Source: Eledone cirrhosa
Lineage: Eukaryota
Assembly (NCBI GenBank): GCA_964016885.1
Contig: OZ024742.1
Span: 289,540,001-289,604,000 of the forward strand
Reading direction: 5' to 3'
Length of the DNA: 64,000 bases
In this document: positions 23,401 through 38,400 of the stretch, piece after piece
How the letters are laid out: every line of letters starts with the position of its first letter
How positions within the stretch are numbered: position 1 is the first letter of the stretch
Notes under the pieces: generated by a model
What the model saw: only the letters and a program-made list of their open reading frames with translations
Told to the model about the DNA's origin: nothing
Database searches by the model: none
Translations under genes and position numbers: made by a program

Positions 23401-26400
23401 TGAATGTAGAGGATGTTATGTGGCAGTGAGACAGTGGCAGTGATTGTAGAGGATGTTATGTGGTAGTGAGACAGTGGCAGTGATTGTAGAGGATGGTATG
23501 TGGCAGCGAGACAGGGGCAGTGATTGTAGAGGATGTTATGTGGTAGTGAGACAGTGGCAGTGATTGTAGAGGATGTTATGTGGTAGTGAGACAGTGGCAG
23601 TGATAGTAGAGGATGTTATGTGACAGTGAGACAGTGGTAGTGATTGTAGAGGATGTTATGTGGTAGTGAGACAGTGGCAGTGATTGTAGAGCATGTTATG
23701 TGGCAGTGAGACAGTGGCAGTGATTGTAGAGGATGTTATGTGGTAGTGAGACAGTGGCAGTGATTATAGAGGATGTTATGTGGCAGTGAGACAGTGGCAG
23801 TGATTGTAGAGGATGTTATGTGGCAGTGAGACAGTGGCAGTGATTGTAGAGGATGTTATGTGGTAGTGAGACAGTGGCAGTGATTGTAGAGGATGTTATG
23901 TGGCAGTAAGACAGTGGCAGTGATTGTAGAGGATGGTATGTGGCAGTGAGACAGTGGCAGTGATTGTAGAGGATGTTATGTGGTAGTGAGACAGTGGCAG
24001 TGATAGTAGAGGATGTTATGTGGCAGTGAGACAGTGGGAGTGATTGTAGAGGATGTTATGTGGCAGTGAGACAGTGGCAGTGATTGTAGAGGATGTTATG
24101 TGGCAGTGAGACAGTGGCAGTGATTGTAGAGGATGTTATGTGGTAGTGAGACAGTGGCAGTGATTGTAGAGGTTGTTATGTGGCAGTGAGACAGTGGCAG
24201 TGATTGTAGAGGATGTTATGTGGTAGTGAGACAGTGGCAGTGATTGTAGAGGATGTTATGTGGCAGTGAGACAGTGGCAGTGATAGTAGAGGATGTTATG
24301 TGGCAGTGAGACAGTGGCAGTGATTGTAGAGGATGTTATGTGGTAGTAAGACAGTGGCAGTGATTGTAGAGGATGTTATGTGGCAGTGAGACTGGCAGTG
24401 ATTGTAGAGGATGTTATGTGGTAGTGAGACAGTGGCAGTGATTGTAAAGGATGTTATGTGGTAGTGAGACAGTGGCAGTGATTGTAGAGGATGTTATGTG
24501 GCAGTGAGACAGTGGCAGTGATTGTAGAGGATGTTATGTGGTAGTGAGACAGTGGCAGTGATTGTAGAGGATGTTATGTGGCAGTGAGACAGTGGCAGTG
24601 ATTGTAGAGGATGTTATGTGGCAGTGAGAGAGTGGCAGTGATTGTAGAGGATGTTATGTGGTAGTGAGACAGTGGCAGTGATAGTAGAGGATGTTATGTG
24701 GCAGTGATTGTAGAGGATGTTATGTGGCAGTGAGACAGTGGCAGTTATTGTAGAGGATGTTATGTGGTAGTGAGACAGTGGCAGTGATTGTAGAGGATGT
24801 TATGTGATAGTGAGACAGTGGCAGTGATTGTAGAGGATGTTATGTGGTAGTGAGACAGTGGCAGTGATTGTAGAGGATGTTATGTGGTAGTGAGACAGTG
24901 GCAGTGATTGTAGAGGATGTTATGTGGTAGTGAGACAGTGGCAGTGATTGTAGAGGATGTTATGTGGTAGTGAGACAGTGGCAGTGATTGTAGAGGATGT
25001 TATGTGGTAGTGAGACAGTGGCAGTGATTGTAGAGGATGTTATGTGGCAGTGATTGTAGAGGATGTTATGTGGCAGTGAGACAGTGGGAGTGATTGTAGA
25101 GGATGTTATGTGGTAGTGAGACAGTGGCAGTGATTGTAGAGGATGTTATGTGGCAGTGAGACAGTGGAAGTGATTGTAGAGGATGTTATGTGGTAGTGAG
25201 ACAGTGGCAGTGATTGTAGAGGATGTTATGTGGCAGTAAGACAGTGGCAGTGATTGTAGAGGATGTTATGTGGCAGTGAGACAGTGGCAGTGATTGTAGA
25301 GGATGTTATGTGGTAGTGAGACAGTGGCAGTGATAGTAGAGGATGTTATGTGGCAGTGAGACAGTGGCAGTGATTGTAGAGGATGTTATGTGGTAGTGAG
25401 ACAGTGGCAGTGATTGTAGAGCATGTTATGTGGCAGTGAGACAGTGGCAGTGATTGTAGAGGATGTTATGTGGTAGTGAGACAGTGGCAGTGATTATAGA
25501 GGATGTTATGTGGCAGTGAGACAGTGGCAGTGATTGTAGAGGATGTTATGTGGCAGTGAGACAGTGGCAGTGATTGTAGAGGATGTTATGTGGTAGTGAG
25601 ACAGTGGCAGTGATTGTAGAGGATGTTATGTGGCAGTAAGACAGTGGCAGTGATTGTAGAGGATGTTATGTGGCAGTGAGACAGTGGCAGTGATTGTAGA
25701 GGATGTTATGTGGTAGTGAGACAGTGGCAGTGATAGTAGAGGATGTTATGTGGCAGTGAGACAGTGGGAGTGATTGTAGAGGATGTTATGTGGCAGTGAG
25801 ACAGTGGCAGTGATTGTAGAGGATGTTATGTGGCAGTGAGACAGTGGCAGTGATTGTAGAGGATGTTATGTGGTAGTGAGACAGTGGCAGTGATTGTAGA
25901 GGTTGTTATGTGGCAGTGAGACAGTGGCAGTGATTGTAGAGGATGTTATGTGGTAGTGAGACAGTGGCAGTGATTGTAGAGGATGTTATGTGGTAGTAAG
26001 ACAGTGGCAGTGATTGTAGAGGATGTTATGTGGCAGTGAGACTGGCAGTGATTGTAGAGGATGTTATGTGGTAGTGAGACAGTGGCAGTGATTGTAAAGG
26101 ATGTTATGTGGTAGTGAGACAGTGGCAGTGATTGTAGAGGATGTTATGTGGCAGTGAGACAATGGCAGTGATTGTAGAGGATGTTATGTGGTAGTGAGAC
26201 AGTGGCAGTGATTGTAGAGGATGTTATGTGGCAGTGAGACAGTGGCAGTGATTGTAGAGGATGTTATGTGGCAGTGAGAGAGTGGCAGTGATTGTAGAGG
26301 ATGTTATGTGGTAGTGAGACAGTGGCAGTGATAGTAGAGGATGTTATGTGGCAGTGATTGTAGAGGATGTTATGTGGCAGTGAGACAGTGGCAGTTATTG

Positions 26401-29400
26401 TAGAGGATGTTATGTGGTAGTGAGACAGTGGCAGTGATTGTAGAGGATGTTATGTGATAGTGAGACAGTGGCAGTGATTGTAGAGGATGTTATGTGGTAG
26501 TGAGACAGTGGCAGTGATTGTAGAGGATGTTATGTGGCAGTGATTGTAGAGGATGTTATGTGGCAGTGAGACAGTGGGAGTGATTGTAGAGGATGTTATG
26601 TGGTAGTGAGACAGTGGCAGTGATTGTAGAGGATGTTATGTGGCAGTGAGACAGTGGCAGTGATTGTAGAGGATGTTATGTGGCAGTGAGACAGTGGCAG
26701 TGATTGTAGAGGATGTTATGTGGCAGTGAGACAGTGGCAGTGATTGTAGAGGATGTTATGTAGCAGTGAGACAGTGGCAGTGATTGGAGAGGATGTTATG
26801 TGGCAGTGAGACAGTGGCAGTGATTGTAGAGGATGTTATGTGGCAGTGAGACAGTGGCACTGATTGTAGAGGATGTTATGTGGTAGTGAGACAGTGGCAG
26901 TAATTGTAGAGGATGTTATGTGGTAGTGAGACAGTGGCAGTGATTGTAGAGGATGTTATGTGGCAGTGAGACAGTGGCAGTGATTGTAGAGGATGTTATG
27001 TGGTAGTGAGACAGTGGCAGTGATTGTAGAGGATGTTATGTGGTAGTGAGACAGTGGCAGTGATTGTAGAGCATGTTATGTGGCAGTGAGACAGTGGCAG
27101 TGATTGTAGAGGATGTTATGTGGCAGTGAGACAGTGGGAGTGATTGTAGAGGATGTTACGTGGCAGTGAGACAGTGGCAGTGATTGTAGAGGATGTTATG
27201 TGGTAGTGAGACAGGGGCAGTGATTGTAGAGGATGTTATGTGGTAGTGAGACAGTGGCAGTGATTGTAGAGGATGTTATGTGGTAGTGAGACAGTGGTAG
27301 TGATTGTAGAGGATGTTATGTGGTAGTGAGACAGTGGCAGTAATTGTAGAGCATGTTATGTGGCAGTGAGACAGTGGCAGTGATTGTAGAGGATGTTATG
27401 TGGTAGTGAGACAGTGGAAGTGATTGTAGAGGATGTTATGTGGTAGTGAGACAGTGGCAGTTATTGTAGAGGATGTTATGTGGCAGTGAGACAGTGGCAG
27501 TGATTGTAGAGGATGTTATGTGGTAGTGAGACAGTGGCAGTGATTGTAGAGGATGTTATGTGGCAGTGAGACAGTGGCAGTGATTGTAGAGGATGTTATG
27601 TGGTAGTGAGACAGTGGCAGTGATAGTAGAGGATGTTATGTGGCAGTGAGACAGTGGTAGTGATTGTAGAGGATGTTATGTGGTAGTGAGACAGTGGCAG
27701 TGATTGTAGAGCATGTTATGTGGCAGTGAGACAGTGGCAGTGATTGTAGAGGATGTTATGTGGCAGTGAGACAGTGGCAGTGATTGTAGAGGATGTTATG
27801 TGGCAGTGAGACAGTGGCAGTGATTGTAGAGGATGTTATGTGGCAGTGAGACAGTGGCAGTGATTGTAGAGGATGTTATGTGGTAGTGAGACAGTGGCAG
27901 TGATTGTAGAGGATGTTATGTGGCAGTAAGACAGTGGCAGTGATTGTAGAGGATGTTATGTGGCAGTGAGACAGTGGCAGTGATTGTAGAGGATGTTATG
28001 TGGTAGTGAGACAGTGGCAGTGATAGTAGAGGATGTTATGTGGCAGTGAGACAGTGGGAGTGATTGTAGAGGATGTTATGTGGCAGTGAGACAGTGGCAG
28101 TGATTGTAGAGGATGTTATGTGGTAGTGAGACAGTGGCAGTAATTGTAGAGGGTGTGATGTGGTAGTGAGACAGTGGCAGTGATTGTAGAGGATGTTATG
28201 TGGCAGTGAGACAGTGACAGTGATTGTAGAGGATGTTATGTGGTAGTGAGACAGTGGCAGTGATTGTAGAGGATGTTATGTGGTAGTAAGACAGTGGCAG
28301 TGATTGTAGAGGATGTTATGTGGTAGTGAGACAGTGGCAGTGATTGTAGAGGATGTTATGTGGCAGTGAGACAGTGGCAGTGATAGTAGAGGATGTTATG
28401 TGGCAGTGAGACAGTGGGAGTGATTGTAGAGGATGTTATGTGGCAGTGAGACAGTGGCAGTGATTGTAGAGGATGTTATGTGGCAGTGATTGTAGAGAAT
28501 GTTATGTGGCAGTGAGACAGTGGCAGTGATTGTAGAGGATGTTATGTGGTAGTGAGACAGTGGCAGTGATTGTAGAGGATGTTATGTGGCAGTGATTGTA
28601 GAGAATGTTATGTGGCAGTGAGACAGTGGCAGTGATTGTAGAGGATGTTATGTGGTAGTGAGACAGTGGCATTGAATGTAGAGGATGTTATGTGGCAGTG
28701 AGACAGTGGCAGTGATTGTAGAGGATGTTATGTGGTAGTGAGACAGTGGCAGTGATTGTAGAGGATGGTATGTGGCAGCGAGACAGGGGCAGTGATTGTA
28801 GAGGATGTTATGTGGTAGTGAGACAGTGGCAGTGATTGTAGAGGATGTTATGTGGTAGTGAGACAGTGGCAGTGATAGTAGAGGATGTTATGTGGCAGTG
28901 AGACAGTGGTAGTGATTGTAGAGGATGTTATGTGGTAGTGAGACAGTGGCAGTGATTGTAGAGCATGTTATGTGGCAGTGAGACAGTGGCAGTGATTGTA
29001 GAGGATGTTATGTGGTAGTGAGACAGTGGCAGTGATTATAGAGGATGTTATGTGGCAGTGAGACAGTGGCAGTGATTGTAGAGGATGTTATGTGGCAGTG
29101 AGACAGTGGCAGTGATTGTAGAGGATGTTATGTGGTAGTGAGACAGTGGCAGTGATTGTAGAGGATGTTATGTGGCAGTAAGACAGTGGCAGTGATTGTA
29201 GAGGATGGTATGTGGCAGTGAGACAGTGGCAGTGATTGTAGAGGATGTTATGTGGTAGTGAGACAGTGGCAGTGATAGTAGAGGATGTTATGTGGCAGTG
29301 AGACAGTGGGAGTGATTGTAGAGGATGTTATGTGGCAGTGAGACAGTGGCAGTGATTGTAGAGGATGTTATGTGGCAGTGAGACAGTGGCAGTGATTGTA

Positions 29401-32400
29401 GAGGATGTTATGTGGTAGTGAGACAGTGGCAGTGATTGTAGAGGTTGTTATGTGGCAGTGAGACAGTGGCAGTGATTGTAGAGGATGTTATGTGGTAGTG
29501 AGACAGTGGCAGTGATTGTAGAGGATGTTATGTGGCAGTGAGACAGTGGCAGTGATAGTAGAGGATGTTATGTGGCAGTGAGACAGTGGCAGTGATTGTA
29601 GAGGATGTTATGTGGTAGTAAGACAGTGGCAGTGATTGTAGAGGATGTTATGTGGCAGTGAGACTGGCAGTGATTGTAGAGGATGTTATGTGGTAGTGAG
29701 ACAGTGGCAGTGATTGTAAAGGATGTTATGTGGTAGTGAGACAGTGGCAGTGATTGTAGAGGATGTTATGTGGCAGTGAGACAGTGGCAGTGATTGTAGA
29801 GGATGTTATGTGGTAGTGAGACAGTGGCAGTGATTGTAGAGGATGTTATGTGGCAGTGAGACAGTGGCAGTGATTGTAGAGGATGTTATGTGGCAGTGAG
29901 AGAGTGGCAGTGATTGTAGAGGATGTTATGTGGTAGTGAGACAGTGGCAGTGATAGTAGAGGATGTTATGTGGCAGTGATTGTAGAGGATGTTATGTGGC
30001 AGTGAGACAGTGGCAGTTATTGTAGAGGATGTTATGTGGTAGTGAGACAGTGGCAGTGATTGTAGAGGATGTTATGTGATAGTGAGACAGTGGCAGTGAT
30101 TGTAGAGGATGTTATGTGGTAGTGAGACAGTGGCAGTGATTGTAGAGGATGTTATGTGGTAGTGAGACAGTGGCAGTGATTGTAGAGGATGTTATGTGGT
30201 AGTGAGACAGTGGCAGTGATTGTAGAGGATGTTATGTGGTAGTGAGACAGTGGCAGTGATTGTAGAGGATGTTATGTGGTAGTGAGACAGTGGCAGTGAT
30301 TGTAGAGGATGTTATGTGGCAGTGATTGTAGAGGATGTTATGTGGCAGTGAGACAGTGGGAGTGATTGTAGAGGATGTTATGTGGTAGTGAGACAGTGGC
30401 AGTGATTGTAGAGGATGTTATGTGGCAGTGAGACAGTGGCAGTGATTGTAGAGGATGTTATGTAGCAGTGAGACAGTGGCAGTGATTGGAGAGGATGTTA
30501 TGTGGCAGTGAGACAGTGGCAGTGATTGTAGACGATGTTATGTGGCAGTGAGACAGTGGCACTGATTGTAGAGGATGTTATGTGGTAGTGAGACAGTGGC
30601 AGTAATTGTAGAGGATGTTATGTGGTAGTGAGACAGTGGCAGTGATTGTAGAGGATGTTATGTGGCAGTGAGACAGTGGCAGTGATTGTAGAGGATGTTA
30701 TGTGGTAGTGAGACAGTGGCAGTGATTGTAGAGGATGTTATGTGGCAGTGAGACAGTGGCAGTGATAGTAGAGGATGTTATGTGGTAGTGAGACAGTGGG
30801 AGTGATTGTAGAGGATGTTATGTGGCAGTGAGACAGTGGCAGTGATTGTAGAGGATGTTATGTGGTAGTGAGACAGTGGCAGTGATTGTAGAGGATGTTA
30901 TGTGGCAGTGAGACAGTGGCAGTGATTGTAGAGGATGTTATGTGGTAGTGAGACAGTGGCAGTGATTGTAGAGGATGTTATGTGGCAGTGAGACAGTGGC
31001 AGTGATTGTAGAGGATGTTATGTGGCAGTGAGACAGTGGCAGTGATTGTAGAGGATGTTATGTGGCAGTGAGTCAGTGGCAGTGATTGTAGAGAATGTTA
31101 TGTGGCAGTGAGACAGTGGCAGTGATTGTAGAGGATGTTATGTAGCAGTGAGACAGTGGCAGTGATTGTAGAGGATGTTATGTGGCAATGAGACAGTGGC
31201 AGTGATTGTAGAGGATGTTTTGTGGCAGTGAGACAGTGGCAGTGATTGTAGAGGATGTTATGTGGCAGTGAGACAGTGGCAGTGATTGCAGAGTATGTTA
31301 TGTGATAGTGAGACAGTGGCAGTGATTGTAGAGGATGTTATGTGGCAGTGAGACAGTGGCAGTGATTGTAGAGGATGTTATGTGGCAGTGAGACAGGGGC
31401 AGTGATTGTAGAGGATGTTATGTGGCAGTGAGACAGTGGCAGTGATTGTAGAGGATGTTATGTGGTAGTGAGACAGTGGCAGTGATTGTAGAGGATGTTA
31501 TGTGGCAGTGAGACAGTGGCAGTGATTGTAGAGGATGTTATGTGGTAGTGAGACAGTGGCAGTGATTGTAGAGGATGTTATGTGGTAGTGAGACATTGGC
31601 AGTGATTGTAGCGGATGTTATGTGGTAGTGTGACAGTGGCAGTGATTGTAGAGGATGTTATGTGGTAGTGAGACAGTGGCAGTGATTGTAGAGGATGTTA
31701 TGTGGTAGTGAGACAGTGGCAGTGATTGTAGAGGATGTTATGTGGTAGTGAGACAGTGGCAGTGATTGTAGAGGATGTTATGTGGCAGTGAGACAGTGGC
31801 AGTGATTGTAGAGGATGTTATGTGGTAGTGAGACAGTGGCAGTGATTGTAGAGGAGGTTATGTGGTAGTGAGACAGTGGCAGTGATTGTAGAGGATGTTA
31901 TGTGGTAGTGAGACAGTGGCAGTGATTGTAGAGGATGTTATGTGGTAGTGAGACAGTGGCAGTGATTGTAGAGGATGTTATGTGGTAGTGAGACAGTGGC
32001 AATGATTGTAGAGGATGTTATGTGGTAGTGAGACAGTGGCAGTGATTGTAGAGGATGTTATGTGGTAGTGAGACAGTGGCAGTGATTGTAGAGGATGTTA
32101 TGTGGCAGTGAGACAGTGGCAGTGATTGTAGAGGATGTTATATGGTAGTGAGACAGTGGCAGTGATTGTAGAGGATGTTATGTGGTAGTGAGACAGTGGC
32201 AGTGATTGTAGAGGAGGTTATGTGGTAGTGAGACAGTGGCAGTGATTGTAGAGGATGTTATGTGGTAGTGAGACAGTGGCAGTGATTGTAGAGGAGGTTA
32301 TGTGGTAGTGAGACAGTGGCAGTGATTGTAGAGGATGTTATGTGGCAGTGAGACAGTGGCAGTGATTGTAGAGGATATTATGTGGCAGTGAGACAGTGGC

Positions 32401-35400
32401 AGTGATTGTAGAGGATGTTATGTGGCAGTGAGACAGTGACAGTGATAGTAGATGTTATGTGGTAGTGAGACAGCGGGAGTGATTGTAGAGGATGTTATGT
32501 GGCAGTGAGCCAGTGGCAGTGATAGTAGATGTTATGTGATAGTGAGACAGTGGCAGTGATTGTAGAGGATGTTATGTGGCAGTGAGACAGTGGCAGTGAT
32601 TGTAGAGGGTGTTATGTGGTAGTGAGACAGTGGCAGTGATTGTAGAGGATGTTATGTGGTAGTGAGACAGTGGCAGTGATTGTAGAGGATGTTATGTGGT
32701 AGTGAGCCAGTGGCAGTGATAGTAGATGTTATGTGGTAGTGAGACAGTGGCAGTGATTGTAGAGGATGTTATGTGGCAGTGAGACAGTGGCAGTGATTGT
32801 AGAGGATGTTATGTGGTAGTGAGACAGTGGCAGTGATTGTAGAGGATGTTATGTGGCAGTGAGACAGTGGCAGTGATTGTAGAGGATGTTATGTGGTAGT
32901 GAGACAGTGTCAGTGATTGTAGAGGATGTTATGTGGCAGTGAGACAGGGGCAGTGATTGTAGAGGATGTTATGTGCTAGTGAGACAGTGTCAGTGATTGT
33001 AGAGGATGTTATGTGGCAGTGAGACAGTGGCAGTGATTGTAGAGGATGTTATGTGGCAGTGAGACAGTGGCAGTGATTGTAGAGGATGTTATGTGGTAGT
33101 GAGACAGTGGCAGTGATTGTAGAGGATGTTATGTGGCAGTGAGACAGTGGCAGTGATTGTAGAGGATGTTATGTGGTAGTGAGACAGTGTCAGTGATTGT
33201 AGAGGATGTTATGTGGCAGTCAGACAGGGGCAGTGATTGTAGAGGATGTTATGTGGTAGTGAGACAGTGGCAGTGATTGTAGAGGATGTTATGTGGTAGT
33301 GAGACAGTGGCAGTGATTGTAGAGGATGTTATGTGGTAGGGAGACAGTGGCAGTGATTGTAGAGGATGTTATGTGGTAGTGAGACAGTGGCAGTGATTGT
33401 AGAGGATGTTATGTGGTAGTGAGACAGTGGCAGTGATTGTAGAGGATGTTATGTGGCAGTGAGACAGTGGCAGTGATTGTAGAGGATGTTATGTGGCAGT
33501 GAGACAGTGGCAGTGATTGTAGAGGATGTTATGTGGTAGTGAGACAGTGGCAGTGATTGTAGAGGATGTTATGTGGTAGTGAGACAGTGGCAGTGATTGT
33601 AGAGGATGTTATGTGGTAGTGAGACAGTGGCAGTGATTGTAGAGGAGGTTATGTGGTAATGAGACAGTGGCAGTGATTGTAGAGGATGTTATGTGGTAGT
33701 GAGACAGTGGCAGTGATTGTAGAGGAGGTTATGTGGTAGTGAGACAGTGGCAGTGATTGTAGAGGACGTTATGTGGTAGTGAGACAGTGGCAGTGATTGT
33801 AGAGGAGGTTATGTGGTAGTGAGACAGTGGCAGTGATTGTAGAGGATGTTATGTGGTAGTGAGACAGTGGCAGTGATTGTAGAGGATGTTATGTGGTAGT
33901 GAGACAGTGGCAGTGATTGTAGAGGATGTTATGTGGTAGTGAGACAGTGGCAGTGATTGTAGAGGATGTTATGTGGCAGTGAGACAGTGGCAGTGATTGT
34001 AGAGGATGTTATGTGGTAGTGAGACAGTGGCAGTGATAGTAGAGGATGTTATATGGCAGTGAGACAGTGGCAGTGATTGTAGAGGATGTTATGTGGCAGT
34101 GAGACAGTGGCAGTGATTGTAGAGGATGTTATGTGGCAGTGAGACAGTGGCAGTGATTGTACAGGATGTTATGTGGTAGTAAGACAGTGGCAGTGATTGT
34201 AGAGGATGTTATGTGGCAGTGAGACAGTGGCAGTGATTGTAGAGGATGTTATGTGGTAGTGAGACAGTGGCAGTGTTTGTAAAGGATGTTATGTGGTAGT
34301 GAGACAGTGGCAGTGATTGTAGAGGATGTTATGTGGCACTGAGACAGTGGCAGTGATTGTAGAGGATGTTATGTGGTAGTGAGACAGTGGCAGTGATTGT
34401 AGAGGATGTTATGTGGCAGTGAGACAGTGGCAGTGATTGTAGAGGATGTTATGTGGCAGTGAGACAGTGGCAGTGATTGTAGAGGATGTTATGTGGCAGT
34501 GAGACAGTGGCAGTGATTGTAGAGGATGTTATGTGGCAGTGAGACAGTGGCAGTGATTGTAGAGGATGTTATGTGGTAGTGAGACAGTGGCAGTGATTGT
34601 AGCGGATGTTATGTGGTAGTGACACAGTGGCAGTGATTGTAGAGGATGTTATGTGGTAGTGAGACAGTGGCAGTGATTGTAGAGGATGTTATGTGGTAGT
34701 GAGACAGTGGCAGTGATAGTAGAGGATGTTATGTGGTAGTGAGACAGTGGCAGTAATTGTAGAGGATGTTATGTGGAAGTGAGACAGTGGCAGTGAATGT
34801 AGAGGATGTTATGTGGCAGTGAGACAGTGGCAGTGATTGTAGAGGATGTTATGTGGTAGTGAGACAGTGGCAGTGATTGTAGAGGATGTTATGTGGTCGT
34901 GAGACAGTGGCAGTGATTGTAGAGGTTGTTATGTGGTAGTGAGACAGTGGCAGTGATTGTACAGCATGTTATGTGGCAGTGAGACAGTGGCAGTGATTGT
35001 AGAGGATGTTAGGTGGTAGTAAAACAGTGGCAGTGATTGTAGAGGATGTTATGTGGTAGTGAGACAGTGGCAGTGATTGTAGAGGATGTTATGTGGCGGT
35101 GAGACTGTGGCAGTGATTGTAGAGGATGTTATGTGGTAGTGAGACAGTGGCAGTGATTGTAAAGGATGTTATGTGGTAGTGAGACAGTGGCAGTGATTGT
35201 AGAGGATGTTATGTGGCAGTGAGACAGTGGCAGTGATTGTAGAGCATGTTATGTGGCAGTGAGACAGTGGCAGTGATTGTAGAGGATGTTATGTGGTAGT
35301 AAGACAGTGGCAGTGATTGTAGAGGATGTTATGTGGCAGTGCGACAGGGGCAGTGATTGTAGAGGATGTTATGTGGCAGTGAGACTGTGGCAGTGATTGT

Positions 35401-38400
35401 AGAGGATGTTATGTGGTAGTGAGACAGTGGCAGTGATTGTAAAGGATGTTATGTGGTAGTGAGACAGTGGCAGTGATTGTAGAGGATGTTATGTGGTAGT
35501 GAGACAGTGGCAGTGATTGTAGAGGATGTTATGTGGTAGTGAGACAGTGGCAGTGATTGTAGGGGATGTTATGTGGTAGTGAGACAGTGGCAGTGATAGT
35601 AGAGGATGTTATGTGGTAGTGAGACAGTGGCAGTGATTGTAGAGGATGTTATGTGGCAGTGAGACAGTGGCAGTGATTGTAGAGCATGTTATGTGTCAGT
35701 GAGACAGTGGCAGTGATTGTAGAGGATGTTATGTGGTAGTGAGACAGTGGCAGTGATTGTAGGGGATGTTATGTGGTAGTGAGACAGTGGCAGTGATTGT
35801 AGAGGAGGTTATGTGGTAGTGAGACAGTGGCAGTGATTGTAGAGGATGTTATGTGGTAGTGAGACAGTGGCAGTGATTGTAGAGGATGTTATGTGGTAGT
35901 GAGACAGTGGCAGTGATTGTAGAGGATGTTATGTGGCAGTGAGACAGTGGGAGTGATTGTAGAGGATGTTATGTGGTAGTGAGACAGTGGCAATGATTGT
36001 AGAGGATGTTATGTGGTAGTGAGACAGTGGCAGTGATTGTAGAGGATGTTATGTGGTAGTGAGACAGTGGCAGTGATTGTAGAGGAGGTTATGTGGTAGT
36101 GAGACAGTGGCAGTGATTGTAGAGGATGTTATGTGGTAGTGAGACAGTGGCAGTGATTGTAGAGGATGTTATGTGGCAGTGAGACAGTGGGAGTGATTGT
36201 AGAGGATGTTATGTGGTAGTGAGACAGTGGCAATGATTGTAGAGGATGTTATGTGGTAGTGAGACAGTGGCAGTGATTGTAGAGGATGTTATGTGGTAGT
36301 GAGACAGTGGCAGTGATTGTAGAGGAGGTTATGTGGTAGTGAGACAGTGGCAGTGATTGTAGAGGATGTTATGTGGTAGTGAGACAGTGGCAGTGATTGT
36401 AGAGGAGGTTATGTGGTAGTGAGACAGTGGCAGTGATTGTAGAGGATGTTATGTGGCAGTGAGACAGTGGCAGTGATTGTAGAGGATATTATGTGGCAGT
36501 GAGACAGTGGCAGTGATTGTAGAGGATGTTATGTGGCAGTGAGACAGTGACAGTGATAGTAGATGTTATGTGGTAGTGAGACAGTGGCAGTGATTGTAGA
36601 GGATGTTATGTGGCAGTGAGACAGTGGCAGTGATTGTAGAGGGTGTTATGTGGTAGTGAGACAGTGGCAGTGATTGTAGAGGATGTTATGTGGTAGTGAG
36701 ACAGTGGCAGTGATTGTAGAGGATGTTATGTGGTAGTGAGCCAGTGGCAGTGATAGTAGATGTTATGTGGTAGTGAGACAGTGGCAGTGATTGAAGAGGA
36801 TGTTATGTGGCAGTGAGGCAGTGGCAGTGATTGTAGAGGATGTTATGTGGTAGTGAGACAGTGGCAGTGATTGTAGAGGATGTTATGTGGCAGTGAGACA
36901 GTGGCAGTGATTGTAGAGGATGTTATGTGGTAGTGAGACAGTGTCAGTGATTGTAGAGGATGTTATGTGGCAGTGAGACAGGGGCAGTGATTGTAGAGGA
37001 TGTTATGTGGTAGTGAGACAGTGTCAGTGATTGTAGAGGATGTTATGTGGCAGTGAGACAGTGGCAGTGATTGTAGAGGATGTTATGTGGCAGTGAGACA
37101 GTGGGAGTGATTGTAGAGGATGTTATGTGGTAGTGAGACAGTGGCAATGATTGTAGAGGATGTTATGTGGTAGTGAGACAGTGGCAGTGATTGTAGAGGA
37201 TGTTATGTGGTAGTGAGACAGTGGCAGTGATTGTAGAGGAGGTTATGTGGTAGTGAGACAGTGGCAGTGATTGTAGAGGATGTTATGTGGTAGTGAGACA
37301 GTGGCAGTGATTGTAGAGGATGTTATGTGGCAGTGAGACAGTGGGAGTGATTGTAGAGGATGTTATGTGGTAGTGAGACAGTGGCAATGATTGTAGAGGA
37401 TGTTATGTGGTAGTGAGACAGTGGCAGTGATTGTAGAGGATGTTATGTGGTAGTGAGACAGTGGCAGTGATTGTAGAGGAGGTTATGTGGTAGTGAGACA
37501 GTGGCAGTGATTGTAGAGGATGTTATGTGGTAGTGAGACAGTGGCAGTGATTGTAGAGGAGGTTATGTGGTAGTGAGACAGTGGCAGTGATTGTAGAGGA
37601 TGTTATGTGGCAGTGAGACAGTGGCAGTGATTGTAGAGGATATTATGTGGCAGTGAGACAGTGGCAGTGATTGTAGAGGATGTTATGTGGCAGTGAGACA
37701 GTGACAGTGATAGTAGATGTTATGTGGTAGTGAGACAGTGGCAGTGATTGTAGAGGATGTTATGTGGCAGTGAGACAGTGGCAGTGATTGTAGAGGGTGT
37801 TATGTGGTAGTGAGACAGTGGCAGTGATTGTAGAGGATGTTATGTGGTAGTGAGACAGTGGCAGTGATTGTAGAGGATGTTATGTGGTAGTGAGCCAGTG
37901 GCAGTGATAGTAGATGTTATGTGGTAGTGAGACAGTGGCAGTGATTGAAGAGGATGTTATGTGGCAGTGAGACAGTGGCAGTGATTGTAGAGGATGTTAT
38001 GTGGTAGTGAGACAGTGGCAGTGATTGTAGAGGATGTTATGTGGCAGTGAGACAGTGGCAGTGATTGTAGAGGATGTTATGTGGTAGTGAGACAGTGTCA
38101 GTGATTGTAGAGGATGTTATGTGGCAGTGAGACAGGGGCAGTGATTGTAGAGGATGTTATGTGGTAGTGAGACAGTGTCAGTGATTGTAGAGGATGTTAT
38201 GTGGCAGTGAGACAGTGGCAGTGATTGTAGAGGATGTTATGTGGCAGTGAGACAGTGGCAGTGATTGTAGAGGATGTTATGTGGTAGTGACACAGTGGCA
38301 GTGATTGTAGAGGATGTTATGTGGTAGTGACACAGTGGCAGTGATTGTAGAGAATGTTATGTGGTAGTGAGACAGTGGCAGTGATAGTAGAGGATGTTAT

